64,000 nucleotides of DNA. It comes from Botryllus schlosseri. Lineage: Eukaryota. Where the stretch lies: contig CM119371.1 of the NCBI GenBank assembly GCA_051294905.1, positions 28,832,001-28,896,000 of the forward strand, read 5' to 3'. Shown piece by piece: positions 51,800-64,000 of the stretch. The position numbers and the translations under genes were made by a program. Each line of letters starts with the position of its first letter. Positions within the stretch are counted from its first letter, which is position 1. Under the pieces are notes generated by a model that was not told where the DNA came from, made no database searches, and worked only from the letters and a program-made list of their open reading frames with translations.

Positions 51800-54542
51800 C
51801 AGTGATTCCCAAGCGCGGCCCCCAGATAGCCTTCTTGCGGCCCCCAAAATATATTAGGGAATCGATAAATGACAAAAAATAAAATTTATATTTATAAAAT
51901 AGGCTACTCTTGCTTGGCTTTGCCTCTGTAGTTTTTAATTATAGAATTGCAGGAAAGCTGTGAGTATAGACTGCTAACGTTACGTCACTGCTGTTTCAAT
52001 GCAATGTGCACTAACTTTCCAGTTGAACGAGCAGTAGCTATAGATAAAAATAGGTATTGATAACTTTCAAAACCGGAGGATAATCCTGAAAAAATAGTAA
52101 ATTTTTCCCACTTCGTGGTCGCTTGACTAAAAAAGAAAAAGATGCTCAACTCCCGGAAAATACAGTTTTTCTTTCACATCAACAGGTGATTGACTGAAAA
52201 AAAAAGGTCAACTTTCCGGTCCAGCTCCCGAAGTAGCCGCCGTAGCATTCCTACAGTGCTGACTTAATGCATATCAGTCGAATTTGGCCCTATATGTAAC
52301 GAAAATCCTAAAAAAAGGCGTCCTCCGAGGACACATTAAAAAAATAAAAAAAAGAGGACAAATCATCTTAAAAGAGGACGTATGGTAACCCTATGATAAC
52401 TAGACGTGCAACACGTGACTCACGGTTGAATACGCCGAGATGCATACTGCTTAGCCGGCTAAAAGCAGCATAATTGGTTGTCCTATAGTCAGGGCCGTAA
52501 CTGCCGCACCCCAAACCCCCCAATTGAGGGGGGCCGAGCTCGAAGGGGGCCCAAAATTATTTCGTGAATTAGCATAAATTATAGAGTATTTTTTGAAAAT
52601 TTATGCAACTTTTTCAAAAAATTTTCGTCCGTTGCGCGATTTCAATTCGCCACATATCTTGATTATTGGGTACTCTTCCCCAAGAACAAATGAGCAAGAT
52701 TTATAGAAATGGGAATATCAGCGTTGGCCATGACTGCACCACAACACACCAAGACATATAAAGTTTTAGGCCATGTAACATGTGACTCCAAGAAGTGTGT
52801 CAGAACGATCGGCAGCCAGAAAGCCTTGGCCGTAAAGGACTGCTTTTGTGCTGACCAAAAACTTCGAAATACCAAAAACTTCGTTATATATACAAAATAC
52901 ATATAGGTTTAATTGTCGATATAGGCGCCTAAATGACTGGCGCCGAATGTTCATGTCTTGGCAATCTTAGCCTTACAAGACAAATACTATCCCGCAGGAA
53001 AGAAAATTATATGCCAGTGAAGAAATACCAATATGAAGTCGTGTGATCTTTCAGTTAAGTACAGTGGTTCCCAACCTTTTTCGTCTCGTGCCCCCCATGG
53101 CCGATATTTGAGCTAAAATTCCACCCTATGAAAAAGTTTTCTGTGACTAAAAAATGTGCTTTTTAATGCGCAACCGTTTGTTGACTGAGCAATTAATGAC
53201 CAAACATATTCAGATATGTCCGAACTATGGCGAATGCGGATTGCACTAAACTTTGGTAAAGTACAGTCAAATTTGACCTGTTTTTGACCGGTCGGGTAGC
53301 CGAGTCCGCTTGCTGAATCGATGAATTTGATACGGTATGTTTTTCACGTTAGCTCATATGTTGGCTTAAAAAGTTATAACAATTCCACTAGCGGCCTTGT
53401 GCTGAATTCGGCTCGACGTTTTCCTGCTTAGTAGCAATTTGATCGAGAGACTGTCGCGGACCCAACGAAATCGTCTCGCGAGCCCCACTTTATCCGGGGG
53501 TGTAATATCTACGGAACGCATTTAAACATACACCTAGCTTAAAATCCACCAAAGAAACATACAATTGTAAAGCACCAATTTCTACTTAACAGTTCTATAC
53601 CATAAAAATTTAAAAACCTTGTGAACCCAGTGCATCTTCCGATACAATGCCAAAGACAGAATTCCCCTGAAAAAATTAAGCCAGATTCCCCCCTAAAAAG
53701 TTCAAAATTCCCCCCAAGGGGGAATTCCCCCCCCCCGGTTGGGAACCACTGGTTTAGTAGGTTTGGGTAATTCTAAATTTTTGATATAACAGACAGGAGG
53801 TCACGAAATAACATCATGTAAAGAAGTCATACCTAGGGGTCCGCCCGCCCGAAGATGTTTAATTTTACGGGGTCTGCAGTTTCAAAGACACCTCCCACTC
53901 TGCTCTACCGGTAAATCTGATTACGTGGGCAAAGAGGACAACCATGCAATTCCCGATCTCATTCACCGATTTTATCATGAATTATCGAAATATTCGCGCG
54001 TCGCGCTGTCTCACTAAACAGTACAACTTTAGTTTCGTGGCAAAAGCGAACAACGTGATGCGGGGTCAGTTTATCACCCTATAGGAGCCCGGGGTACTGA
54101 TTAAGTGCTGTTACGTTCCTGCCAACGTGTACATGCCCGGAAATGTTTAATTACTATTGAGGGGGCCCATACCTTTTCAAACACACCTCACTCAGCTCTA
54201 CCGGTAAATCAGAATACGTGAACAGAGACAGGATGAAAATTGATAGCAATACATGCAATTCCCGATCATATTGACCGATTCAGTTATGAAACTAAAGAAA
54301 TTTCTCGCGCATTGCGCGTTTAGGCGAGAAAAGTCGATTCACTCAACGGACACCCAATGCAGCAGATAAGTAGCGGTAAACAGTGTACAGTTTTGAAATC
54401 TCGCCAGGGCAATAAAACTACTCCAAAATAGCCATGATGACTGTTTGGGTCCGTTTCATAGCCGTATAGTATTCGTGCGGCCCCGATCGCACTCTGAAAT
54501 TCTAAATTTGGCCCTCACACCGAAAAAGTTTGGGAACCACTG
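51800..54542 (+). mobile_element. Three-level nested hAT MITEs
   Basis: Outer CAGTGATTCCCAA/TTGGGAACCACTG with TSD CTTTAATG; middle 52490-54121 (same family as 5823-6758); inner 53062-53751 with TSD GTTAAGTA/GTTTAGTA. Confidence 0.88.
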
Positions 54543-54707
54543 CTTTAATGACTTGGACGTCACAGATGGGCAACTATTTTCTGAGAATGACAGGCCGGAA
54601 TCCGTTGGCGAGCCAAGAAATATATTTGCACTATATTCGGCGGTGTATTAATTTATAATAATTTATAAATTGAAAGCAATGAATTACGTGGGTGGATGTG
54701 TTACTAT

Positions 54708-56732
54708 CAGGGCTGTGGAGTCGGAGTCGGTGGAGTCGGAGTCGGGGTAATTTTCGCTTGATGGAGTCGGAGTCGGAGTCGTGAAAACTGTAATAGCTGG
54801 AGTCGGAGTCGGAGTCGGTGGGAAAATACTGACTGGAGTCGGAGTCGGAGTTTGTGAGAATGACTATGATTTCGACTCCGACTCCGACTCCAACTTCTCT
54901 ATCATGAAAACATTTGCTTTCAAAGAATTTTCAATATAATTTTTATGTACCACCAATCACTGTTATTATTAACCATACAGATCAGGTGCAGCCAGCCCGT
55001 GGCACGCAGGCCAAATTTGGCACACGAGAAGGTTAGGTGTGGCCTGCCAGGTAATTCTCGAAATTATTTATGACATGAGGTACACTTGCAAGGCCAACGA
55101 AAATTTGGTTAGCATGACCGAGAAATTTGATGATGACTAAAACAACAGTTCTGAGGCATTGACGTATCCAGGGGTCAGCCACATTTATCCCAGATCTTCG
55201 TATATGACCATGAAGTAGAATATTTCATAGCAGATTTATTTGACTTGAAATTTTTCTCGGAACTTCGCATGATTCATTGTCACTAGATTTCTTGCATTCA
55301 GTATTTTAGCCCCCTTTTGAAAATTATAAATATATATTCTTCACAGAATTGAGTCTAACTATATTCGCAATTAGGCGATACGGCTTCGCTTGTGCACTCG
55401 CAGCGAGATCGTCGACAAAACATTTGCAAAAAATGATAGAGGCATGTTCACTGATACCGTCGATTTTGCTATCTCTAAACTTCGAATAATCCTGTCCTTG
55501 CTAAATGAGCCCAGTGGTATACAGATGCGACCCCCAATGTATGTAAGCGACATATTTATTGATATAGCTATAGCCTAATTCAGTCGTTATCTTGCAAAAA
55601 AATTTCGCGCTTCGCGCGACCAGGGCCTGATTGCGCACTGCACAGTTGGATGACATAATGTTATCAATTTTAGAGCGTAGTAATATAAGTCTTGTTTGCA
55701 ATGTTTCATAATTCGGTTCGCTCCCATCGACGACTAAAAAAAGGTTATCAACATTCCCGTTGCCCGCGCAATGGTTCGTAAATCTATGGTGTCCCTTTCG
55801 CCGAAAAAGTTGCCGACCCCTGATATAGATAAAAGACATTACTTGCAAATTACAACTCAGTTGCAGAGGGGAAGAAAATCGCAAGATGCGTTTTCGCGAT
55901 GCAGTCAAAATTGATGCATTTTTTGGAATTGTAACATGATACTGTGACAGAGAAAATGCATCGGCTGGTTTTGTAAAATTGTAAAAATATGTAAATATGA
56001 CCAAACGATGCTTCCCATTTGACAAAATTAAAAATATTTGTAGTGTAGCTTAGCTGTTTGGGTCGAACAAATGATTAAGAAAGACTGCAAGTTCCAATCC
56101 TTGAATACTTTATTAAGTACATGTAGAATAGACATAGGCTATGGTCTTTGACTACTTAACTAAATTCCATTTATGACCAATATCTATTACTAGTAGTAAG
56201 AGTGTTTGCGCTTGTAATCAGGATAGTGTGTAATGACAAAATTAGTAAGTTCAATTTCTTTATCAGTTGCTGAGTCATACACAAGACCTACACTTGGATT
56301 TTTTATCTACATTTTTATTATACAGGATTGGATATCTGCCATATTTGAATGATTCATACATTTCAGGATATTAGAGAGTCTATGTTATAAAAACTTGAAT
56401 AAGGAAGGATATTTAGCAAATCTTTATTTCATGTTAATTGCATAGTGGATAATTCGAGCTGTGCCACAATGAAACAATTCAGCATGCCACAGTTAAGCAT
56501 ATGTTTGCATATGTTTAATGGTTGTATGATAGTCATTCAACCGACAATGTGGCATATAATTTTCGAGGTAAATTGGTAATAATGCTGGAGTCGGAGTCGG
56601 AGTCGGGAGTCGGAGTCGGTACGTTTAAAGACCCGGGAGTCGGAGTCGGAGTCGGAGTCGGTATATTGAAAATGTGTGGAGTCGGAGTCGGAGCCGGAGT
56701 CGGTGGTAAAATTTACCGACTCCACAGCCCTG
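54708..56732 (+). mobile_element. hAT MITE (GGAGTC-repeat family)
   Basis: TIR CAGGGCTGTGGAGTCGG/CCGACTCCACAGCCCTG; TSD GTTACTAT; (GGAGTC)n subterminal arrays. Confidence 0.94.
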
Positions 56733-59296
56733 GTTACTATTAGGCAATTAAGAATTTATAATCAAAGTACAAATATCATATTTATCCCACGTAATTATTC
56801 TAAACAATGGTGGACAAGAAACAATGTGAACTATTTTTAATCTCACCACCTCATAGACACGTCCTTCAATTAGGAGACCACAATGTATGGGATGTTACAG
56901 CTTGGCTTGTGTAGCTTGGAAAAATCGTCCTGTTGTGTTGGTAATTTCACTGTCAGGTTTACCGAATTCGTCTTCTCGCAGCCTCAGCCGAATCACTGCG
57001 TGCATATGTCGTAATACCGACTTAAATTAATCCATGTTATATCTACTTTATTATGCATACAGATTACGCCATGGATCGGCAACCCTAGGCACGCAAGATA
57101 ATTGCCATAGCACGATGTATGATTTGATGCGCATTCTTATAATCGGGTTTCTTGCAAAAAGTGAAACAAATGTTTTCAAAATGGAAAAAGCTCGAAGGTG
57201 AATCCAAATTATTTTGTAAATCAACATGAAGTAGGGTCTTTTGGTACGGATTTTATTTTTCTTCAAAATGTTATCCGCACTTCCCACGAATAGTACGTAT
57301 TTGGCCCGTGGGCCGTAAAATGCCCAGGCCCAGGATCGTTTTTATTTTTATTTTGAAAAATGAAAATATGTGTTTACTCTTGTAATAGTCATTGGTATTA
57401 CATTTTCGTCTTCGCGACCAACGAGAATGTGCAAATGACTCCATTGGGGTCGCGACCCCTAGCTTGAGAACCCCTGCCCTAATATATCAAAAAATATATA
57501 AATGCAACTTTCATTAAAATTAAATGCGACTTTCCCAGATTCCGAGTGCAATAATAACTTTCCCTACTTAATACCTGATTAATAACCTTTCGCGACCCGC
57601 GCCTAAATATAACATAATGCAATGGAAGCCTAACACGGTTTCGACTTCTTATCGAGATGAAATATACGACTTATCGAGATGAAATATACGACATAGTAAG
57701 TTCTACTCGTCCTTGCGTATCGTCGACGACAATTTGGGTGAGCTCGTCAACATCAGAAAGCTTGTTTCGCATTATCGGCATTCGCGCGTGTACACATGAT
57801 AAATTAACGCTTTCTTGGCACATTAGAAAAATCCAACCTCCTTCTATTTGGAGTCACCTCTACTTTCGTCAGGTTCACTAAATCTTACGAACGCAGTTTA
57901 CTCGAAATCAGTCTTTTGTATTCAAAATCAAATCAAAAAAATTATTAGGTACACTAAATGGCCCCTTTCGCCCCGACTATCTCCAGAGAGTCCTTCCAGC
58001 TTGCAACAACATTGTCATTTTTTCAGCAACAAATCTCTGAAATACAAGCGACAAGTAGGTCAACATTATAAAGCACTGAAGGAGAAAGAGGGCGTATCGG
58101 CTTCATCCGAGTGTATAGCGTTACCACGAGGCTATAGTGTCAGGTCTCAGTTACCCGCTCAAAAATAGACTAGACGGTTTTAAACAGGATGCTATTCCGA
58201 CGCTATGGTTTAAGCTCTCTAGTGGCCGGATTCTTGCAGATACATTCAATCGGCAAATCCTCGAATGTTTGCCAATTCCATTCCATTCTTTGCGAATAAC
58301 GATGTTGCTCGAATGAAGCTCACATGATCCATGATATATATAATACTGTTTTGATATAGCGTTTATAATAAAGCATTCTACTGGAAAACAACTGTATGGA
58401 TTTTGAGGTAATATATTGGAATCATTAGGCTGGTCCGGCACGCGAGCAATCAAACTTGTGAATCCGGGTCGCGACCCAAGTTGAGTTTGGCACCCCTGTT
58501 GTAGACAGACAACAGGAACCACAGCAGGTGCCCTGGCATTCCAGACCAGAGGCCCGCCCACTACCCGCTATGTTATGGACTTTATATAATCGAAAATTAA
58601 TGAAGATTATGGACCCTTGCATTTTTTAGACCAGTGGTTCTTAAAGTATGGGTCGCGACCCAAACATAGGTCGCGAAGGGTATAATTTTGGGTCGCGACG
58701 GTACCAGAACGGTCCTTTAATATGTATGTAATATTATTTGAGGTCATTGGCTTCCGGGGGACTGGGTTCCACAATTGTATTTGAAGATGAGACATCGGGG
58801 TATGATGGTGGATATATAACAGGAAACATAGACATGGCGCTCTCAGAACTATCAGAACTAAAGTCCAGTTGATATCAGAATTATTCCGAATCGATAACGA
58901 TACAACACACTTTTCCGACATTGCCGTTATTTTATGCGAATATTAAAATCGAATGGAACTTTTCAACTGGCGGCAGTAAGTTCATTTGTTTACAATCAAA
59001 CACTAATCTGGCAACAAATACTTTCAGTCAAACAGGCAAAGTAGCAGTTCATGAAACGCAACTAATCAGCATTTCTCCAAGAAGTCCACTCGTTATGCCC
59101 CGGATAAATTAATGCAATAGTATTGAAGAACCTCTCTCTGGGAATAACCGGAGGAAAGGTATAGTACCGTTGGATATACAAAAATTCCAACAGTAGTTTG
59201 CTGATACCGATATTTCAACGGAGACGGATATCGGCTGGGTTGTAATAACCCCCAGCTCACAGGCGACAAATGATACAGTAATGCACTTGGCCTTAC

Positions 59297-62200
59297 CGCT
59301 AATCCCCAGTCAGCGAAAGCGGGCTTCGCTTTTTCACGTTCGGCGTCCAGCGAGGCTTCAAGCTCCAGCACGCGGGCTTAAATCCAAATGCATATTATTG
59401 GTACTACGGACGAAACAGTGTACAGTGGTGTAGCAGAGTGCAAAATACGCCTCCAAGACTTTCGACTTGCACATTGTGATTTCGTATTACGCAATTTTCA
59501 CTCCCTCACTCTTATGCCAATGCAAGATTTTATCACGTACGTGAACATGATTCACACCATATTCAAGGATCGCAGGGCCAAATTGTCACTGAGTCATCAA
59601 AATCCTCAAGTTCTGTGACCGTGAACTCGAGTCGACAATTTTAGTCACGCGCAGTGATAGAAAATACAAGTACAAAGCTGACAACGTGAATATTCCGAGG
59701 CTCACGGATAGTCAGGAGGTCCCATTCTATAATAGCCATTTCTAAGTTGATGCACGTCAGACGATCCGAAACGTAAACCAATCACATTATCCGGCTATGG
59801 ACACCATGGAAGTATGGATGATGACATACCGTTTAACCGATCGACTTCATCTTGTACGATGGTACATCCTTCAGAAATGTCCTCCTGTTAAATTGCAGCA
59901 CGATGATTAGCACACGTAGATAAAGCGAAACCAAGCAAAGCGGCTCCTCGGTACGGCTTCAGAAAAGTACGTTGATCCCAATCGTTCCCACATAATATCG
60001 ACACGAGAAATCATATAGCTAGTTATACAGTAGGCTAGTCTAGATCAACATTGATGATATTATATAATGAAAGGCCGATAACTGGCCAAGCGACCCGTGG
60101 AAGATCGAAACTACAAGAAATAGGGACTACGTGGTTGTCGACTCGAGGTTGGCCGATATCGGGATTTTAAGCCGGCAGCAATAGCGCCGATATCACGTAT
60201 TTTCCTACTATTTTATGCGGTTATCATTTTTTCACATTGAACGTCTTACTAAACGCCTTATTAATCACTGTTAATTGAAAACTATATCCCTCATAAACGT
60301 TATAGATTTACGGCCAAACTGCAGCAGGTCCAACTTGCGTATTGCGTACATTTATAGTTCACCCACGGAGCATACTGGTATCAATGACCATATCACAAGT
60401 AGCCTTACCGCATGAGTGAAGCAGGAGCAAAAGCTTTGCTCCTCTTCACAAGAACATTCCGTTGCACCATCCACGCTTTCTTGTGGGCGGGATTGATCTG
60501 AACAAAAGAGATAATCGGCACGATAGTCAAAATCTATGTTGGCTTGTCCAAGATGGCGCCGCGGACCCGAACAGCAGTAATGTGGATTTTTGAAATCAGT
60601 AGTAAGCATTTAGTTAATTCAGTAGGCATTTAGTAAGCACCGAATTTACGCTGCCGTACCAGTTCTAGATATCCATGTGCCGTACGAACGAACAGAACAA
60701 CCCTTCTCTAGTTGGCCAGAACGTATCAGACTATAGGAGCTAAATCAGAAACCCATTTTACAAGCCACGAACACTCCAAATGGGCATTTCTTCGAGGTCC
60801 GCAAATGCTTGGGCTCACGCGGCGCCGGTTACACGCTCACTTACTAGGGCAAACATAAGCTATCAACTATGCAGTCGAATATTCTTCGCAATATACAATA
60901 AATGGTAAATATAAGAGCCATACCATTTTGAGAATCACTATCTTCAGTGCTAGAGCGGGACCATGGCTGGCGTAGGATGTCCGCGTGTCTGGCCTGTTAA
61001 GCAAACAATACAAATTACAATTATGGCAAAGCCCGTGTATATCATTTGAGTTACAATTATATTTCAAGATAGGGTATGATTATATTGGGTTGTGGGTTAC
61101 CACTTCTGTTAGGTTCAGCGGACTGGATTATGCAAATAGAACGCGATACTGGGTCGCACGAAACAACTTTTTCCTGCCACCCATATGATTGAAACGATAT
61201 TGTTCTACATGCCACTCAAATTACCCGTCATTCAGTGGATATAAATCCACGATTCCTATAACAATTTTCTAAAAAGTTATCAATCGTCGGATTACCGAGT
61301 CGCTCGTATCCTCATTGGGCAGCTCCTCTTCGTCCGCAGCGTCTGAAGTATGACCCTCCGTTTTCGGTCGATGCATTTCATCTTAAATGCAAGATTCATC
61401 GATAACTGCTTTTCTCCGTATATTTATGTATATAAATATACAAATAAAAATCATCGATAGGCAGTTGTACAGTTACAGAGACAGCCAAATAGACCTAAGA
61501 TGAATAAGCGTGAAAGTCGTCCGCAACAGTGCTAAAATTAAAGACACTATATGGACATTGAACAATATCGAAAACCATATCGCGGTACACAAACACAAGG
61601 CCTCAAGTCGCCATGGACGACTGTGACGTGTCGTAATAATAGTATCAGGCCATAAGCTAACTAAAAACCCATTTCACGAGTCTCCCAACATTCACAATTG
61701 ACATTTTCTCGCCGGCCATAAACGTATTCGACCCACGCGCTTCAGGTTTCACAGATACAAAGCCCTCATACATCTACGTCAAACATAAGCGACATCAACA
61801 ATAGACAGTGGAAGAGTATAAATATATACAAGTCTTACCATTCTGTTTCGCATCATCTTCAACATTAGAGCGCGACCGTAGCTGGCGTACGATATCCGCA
61901 TGCATGGCCTGTTTTTCAACCCATTTCACATTATAGTTAGTCAAGAACGGGTCACAATCATGTAATCATTCAATCATCACAATTGTAACGATGACTGGGC
62001 CTAAATTACAACACGTGCAGAATTGCATAAATCGCTCAACAAAAATTGAAAAAATGGTTGTTATGGATCGCAGAACATTCATTGTATCGGAACATTCATA
62101 GTCAAATTAGGATTTGGATGCGAAATCTACAGAAAATGCTACCGTAGCATATTAAGTATGACGAGGCCTTGAGGAAGGTGAATGGGTGTCTCTAAGACAG

Positions 62201-63479
62201 CATGCTCATTTTCTCGTAGACGATGAACTGTGTGACAGTTCATTTGAGTGTTAAATGACAATGGCATTATTATGAGTGTCAAATAATTCAAATCATGGTG
62301 GGAATTATGGTGGTAATGCAAATTTTATCATTCCAGTGACGAACAATCCAAGATAGGCTACGATTATATTAGGTTGCTAGTTGGCCATTGGACTGGGTTG
62401 TGGTGATGGCTTAGACTCGATTCAGGGATATATCGATATATAGATAAATAGCCTATATCAGCCTGTATCACCGGATTAGATTATGCAAATAGCACGTGTA
62501 ATGTGACGCATGAAACAACGTTGTTACTTGATCTTCTGCGGTTAGTGCGACACTTCTCAATATGGCAATGCAATTCGCTATCACTGATTCGCTAATGTGT
62601 GCAGCTGTACACTCTCGTTTTATGTAACATAATACTGTAAAACGGAATCAATCGTTAAATTACCACGGTGCTCGTAAACTCGTTGCGTAGGAGGTCTAGA
62701 TCATCTACCTCGGCAGCTTCTGGAGTTTGATTCCCATTCATTGCTTGCAGCGCCTCGGCTTAAATGCAAGATTCATCAATTCAGTTACCAAGCAGTTCTG
62801 TATTCACAAAGTCTGTAAGAGTATAAGTCTGCGTTGCTACGCATGTAGAGTAGACGTAATAACGTTAATCCAATCTCAATTAGAAGTAGAGGTAGAGATA
62901 TTCAATCGATGTCAACACTACTTCTAATGAAATTAGGGTTTGAAAGGTACTTTTGGAAATTGATTCGGTGGTGGGGTCGCACAATTTTGCCAGCAAATTA
63001 TCAGGTTCGCTACCTCAGAAATTGAAAGCGAAAGACGCGTTCGTCACGACTAACACAGAATGACAGATGATGCCACAAATAGATGCAGTGGTAAAGAAAC
63101 ATTTCCGAGGCATTTTCACCCCGTATTTTGACAATTTTATGACAATTACATTGATCACGAAGAAGTGAAAGTATAGTCTAAAACCATGTTGAGTACAGAG
63201 TAGAAGTAGGGAAAATATACTCAACTACTCAAGAAATACTTTTGTTGACCCATTTTTACTCAATGTCTCATCGGGTGGATGCTGGAAATTTATGGAAGGA
63301 CTCGAATTTCCCTTTTCACGATAAAATTTTCATATTATCAAGTTAGCTGTTTTTTCACGTTAGTCAAGGTCTCATACTACGATAAAATCACCTTCACACA
63401 CAGCCAAGGCCTCCTTCAGTAAACCGCGCACCCACTTCTCGTCATCCCGAAACAGGGTTATGTTTTCGGCGATTATCTC
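59297..63479 (-). CDS. Multi-exon gene, paralog 2 (5' part beyond the window end)
   Basis: Exons 63392-63479 (EIIAENITLFRDDEKWVRGLLKEALAVCE), 62664-62758 (AEALQAMNGNQTPEAAEVDDLDLLRNEFTSTV), 61839-61908 (AMHADIVRQLRSRSNVEDDAKQN), 61296-61381 (DEMHRPKTEGHTSDAADEEELPNEDTSDS), 60924-60993 (ARHADILRQPWSRSSTEDSDSQN), 60409-60497 (DQSRPQESVDGATECSCEEEQSFCSCFTHA), 59830-59884 (EDISEGCTIVQDEVDRLN), 59706-59741, and candidate 59297-59376 (xRVLELEASLDAEREKAKPAFADWGLA). Same order, phases and splice sites as paralog 1; introns are homologous but lack most MITE insertions. Confidence 0.8.
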
Positions 63480-64000
63480 CTGTCAATGGAATCACATCGT
63501 GACGGTTAGTCAACACGAAACAAGCTGCGGCCATTCAATAATACAGAACGTTCCACGGCGGGAATGTTCCGTAAATTCAAACATAAAAGAATGTTACACT
63601 AATAACCGTAGAATAACGCATAAATTGAAAATGGGCCACACCATATTATTCTATTTATTGTGAGCTATCGCCGCCGTTCAAAGCGCATTCAACCAGAAAC
63701 CGGGACCTGACTATATATGTAGCAATGTAGCATATAGTTGTTCATTTTTATGCAATAATGTGTTTCTCAGCCAATCAACCAACCAATCAATCTACGAACG
63801 GAAGTATCAACACTATCAGGGCAATCAATTTATCGACCTAGCTCCTTTGAAATAAGGAAACGAAATAAAATTTGTCTTTTCTGTTGCTCATAATACGCCG
63901 ATTAGTGGTAATGAAGGTTTATGAAGACTATTATTAGTAATTTGCCGTGAATGTAAGCATGAAAAAAATGCGAACACCTATTTCTATACTGCCGTGAATG

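Noticed and set aside
56522..56743. GVGVGV / SDSDSD low-complexity ORFs
   Set aside because: Translations of the (GGAGTC)n subterminal repeats of a MITE.
59563..59612. Terminal exon (QLEDFDDSVTIWPCDP*) with a counterpart at 1554-1573
   Set aside because: The two copies differ by a 7-nt indel and give different peptides; probably intron, though not excluded.
59815..59836. Plus-strand DDDIPF, like a bacterial SSB C-terminus
   Set aside because: It is the reverse complement of an exon end and GTATG donor; no supporting ORF.
63015..63224. Extra exon in a conserved block (also 10400-10620)
   Set aside because: Stops in the required phase, acceptor not conserved, and the block is deleted in the third copy; the flanking exons already join in phase.

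Overview
AT-rich animal (eukaryotic) genomic DNA; the taxon cannot be fixed from the sequence. Most of the window is nested non-autonomous hAT elements (MITEs) with 8-bp target-site duplications (TSDs), plus SINEs, Harbinger and piggyBac remnants and a 5'-truncated CR1/L2-group LINE with an open RT ORF. Two structures stand out that the ORF track misses. (1) A spliced gene family with short exons is present in three copies: minus strand at 1.7-12.9 kb, minus strand at 59.3-63.5 kb (running off the window), and a rearranged plus-strand pseudogene at 41.3-45.1 kb. It encodes a helical, possibly CARD/death-fold-like segment followed by an acidic tail made of three tandem two-exon modules; splice phases match and inter-copy exon length differences are multiples of 3. 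(2) An R2 retrotransposon is still fused to about 180 bp of 28S rDNA ending at the R2 target site, yet it lies outside any rDNA unit. It is interrupted by nested hAT elements and truncated at its 3' end.
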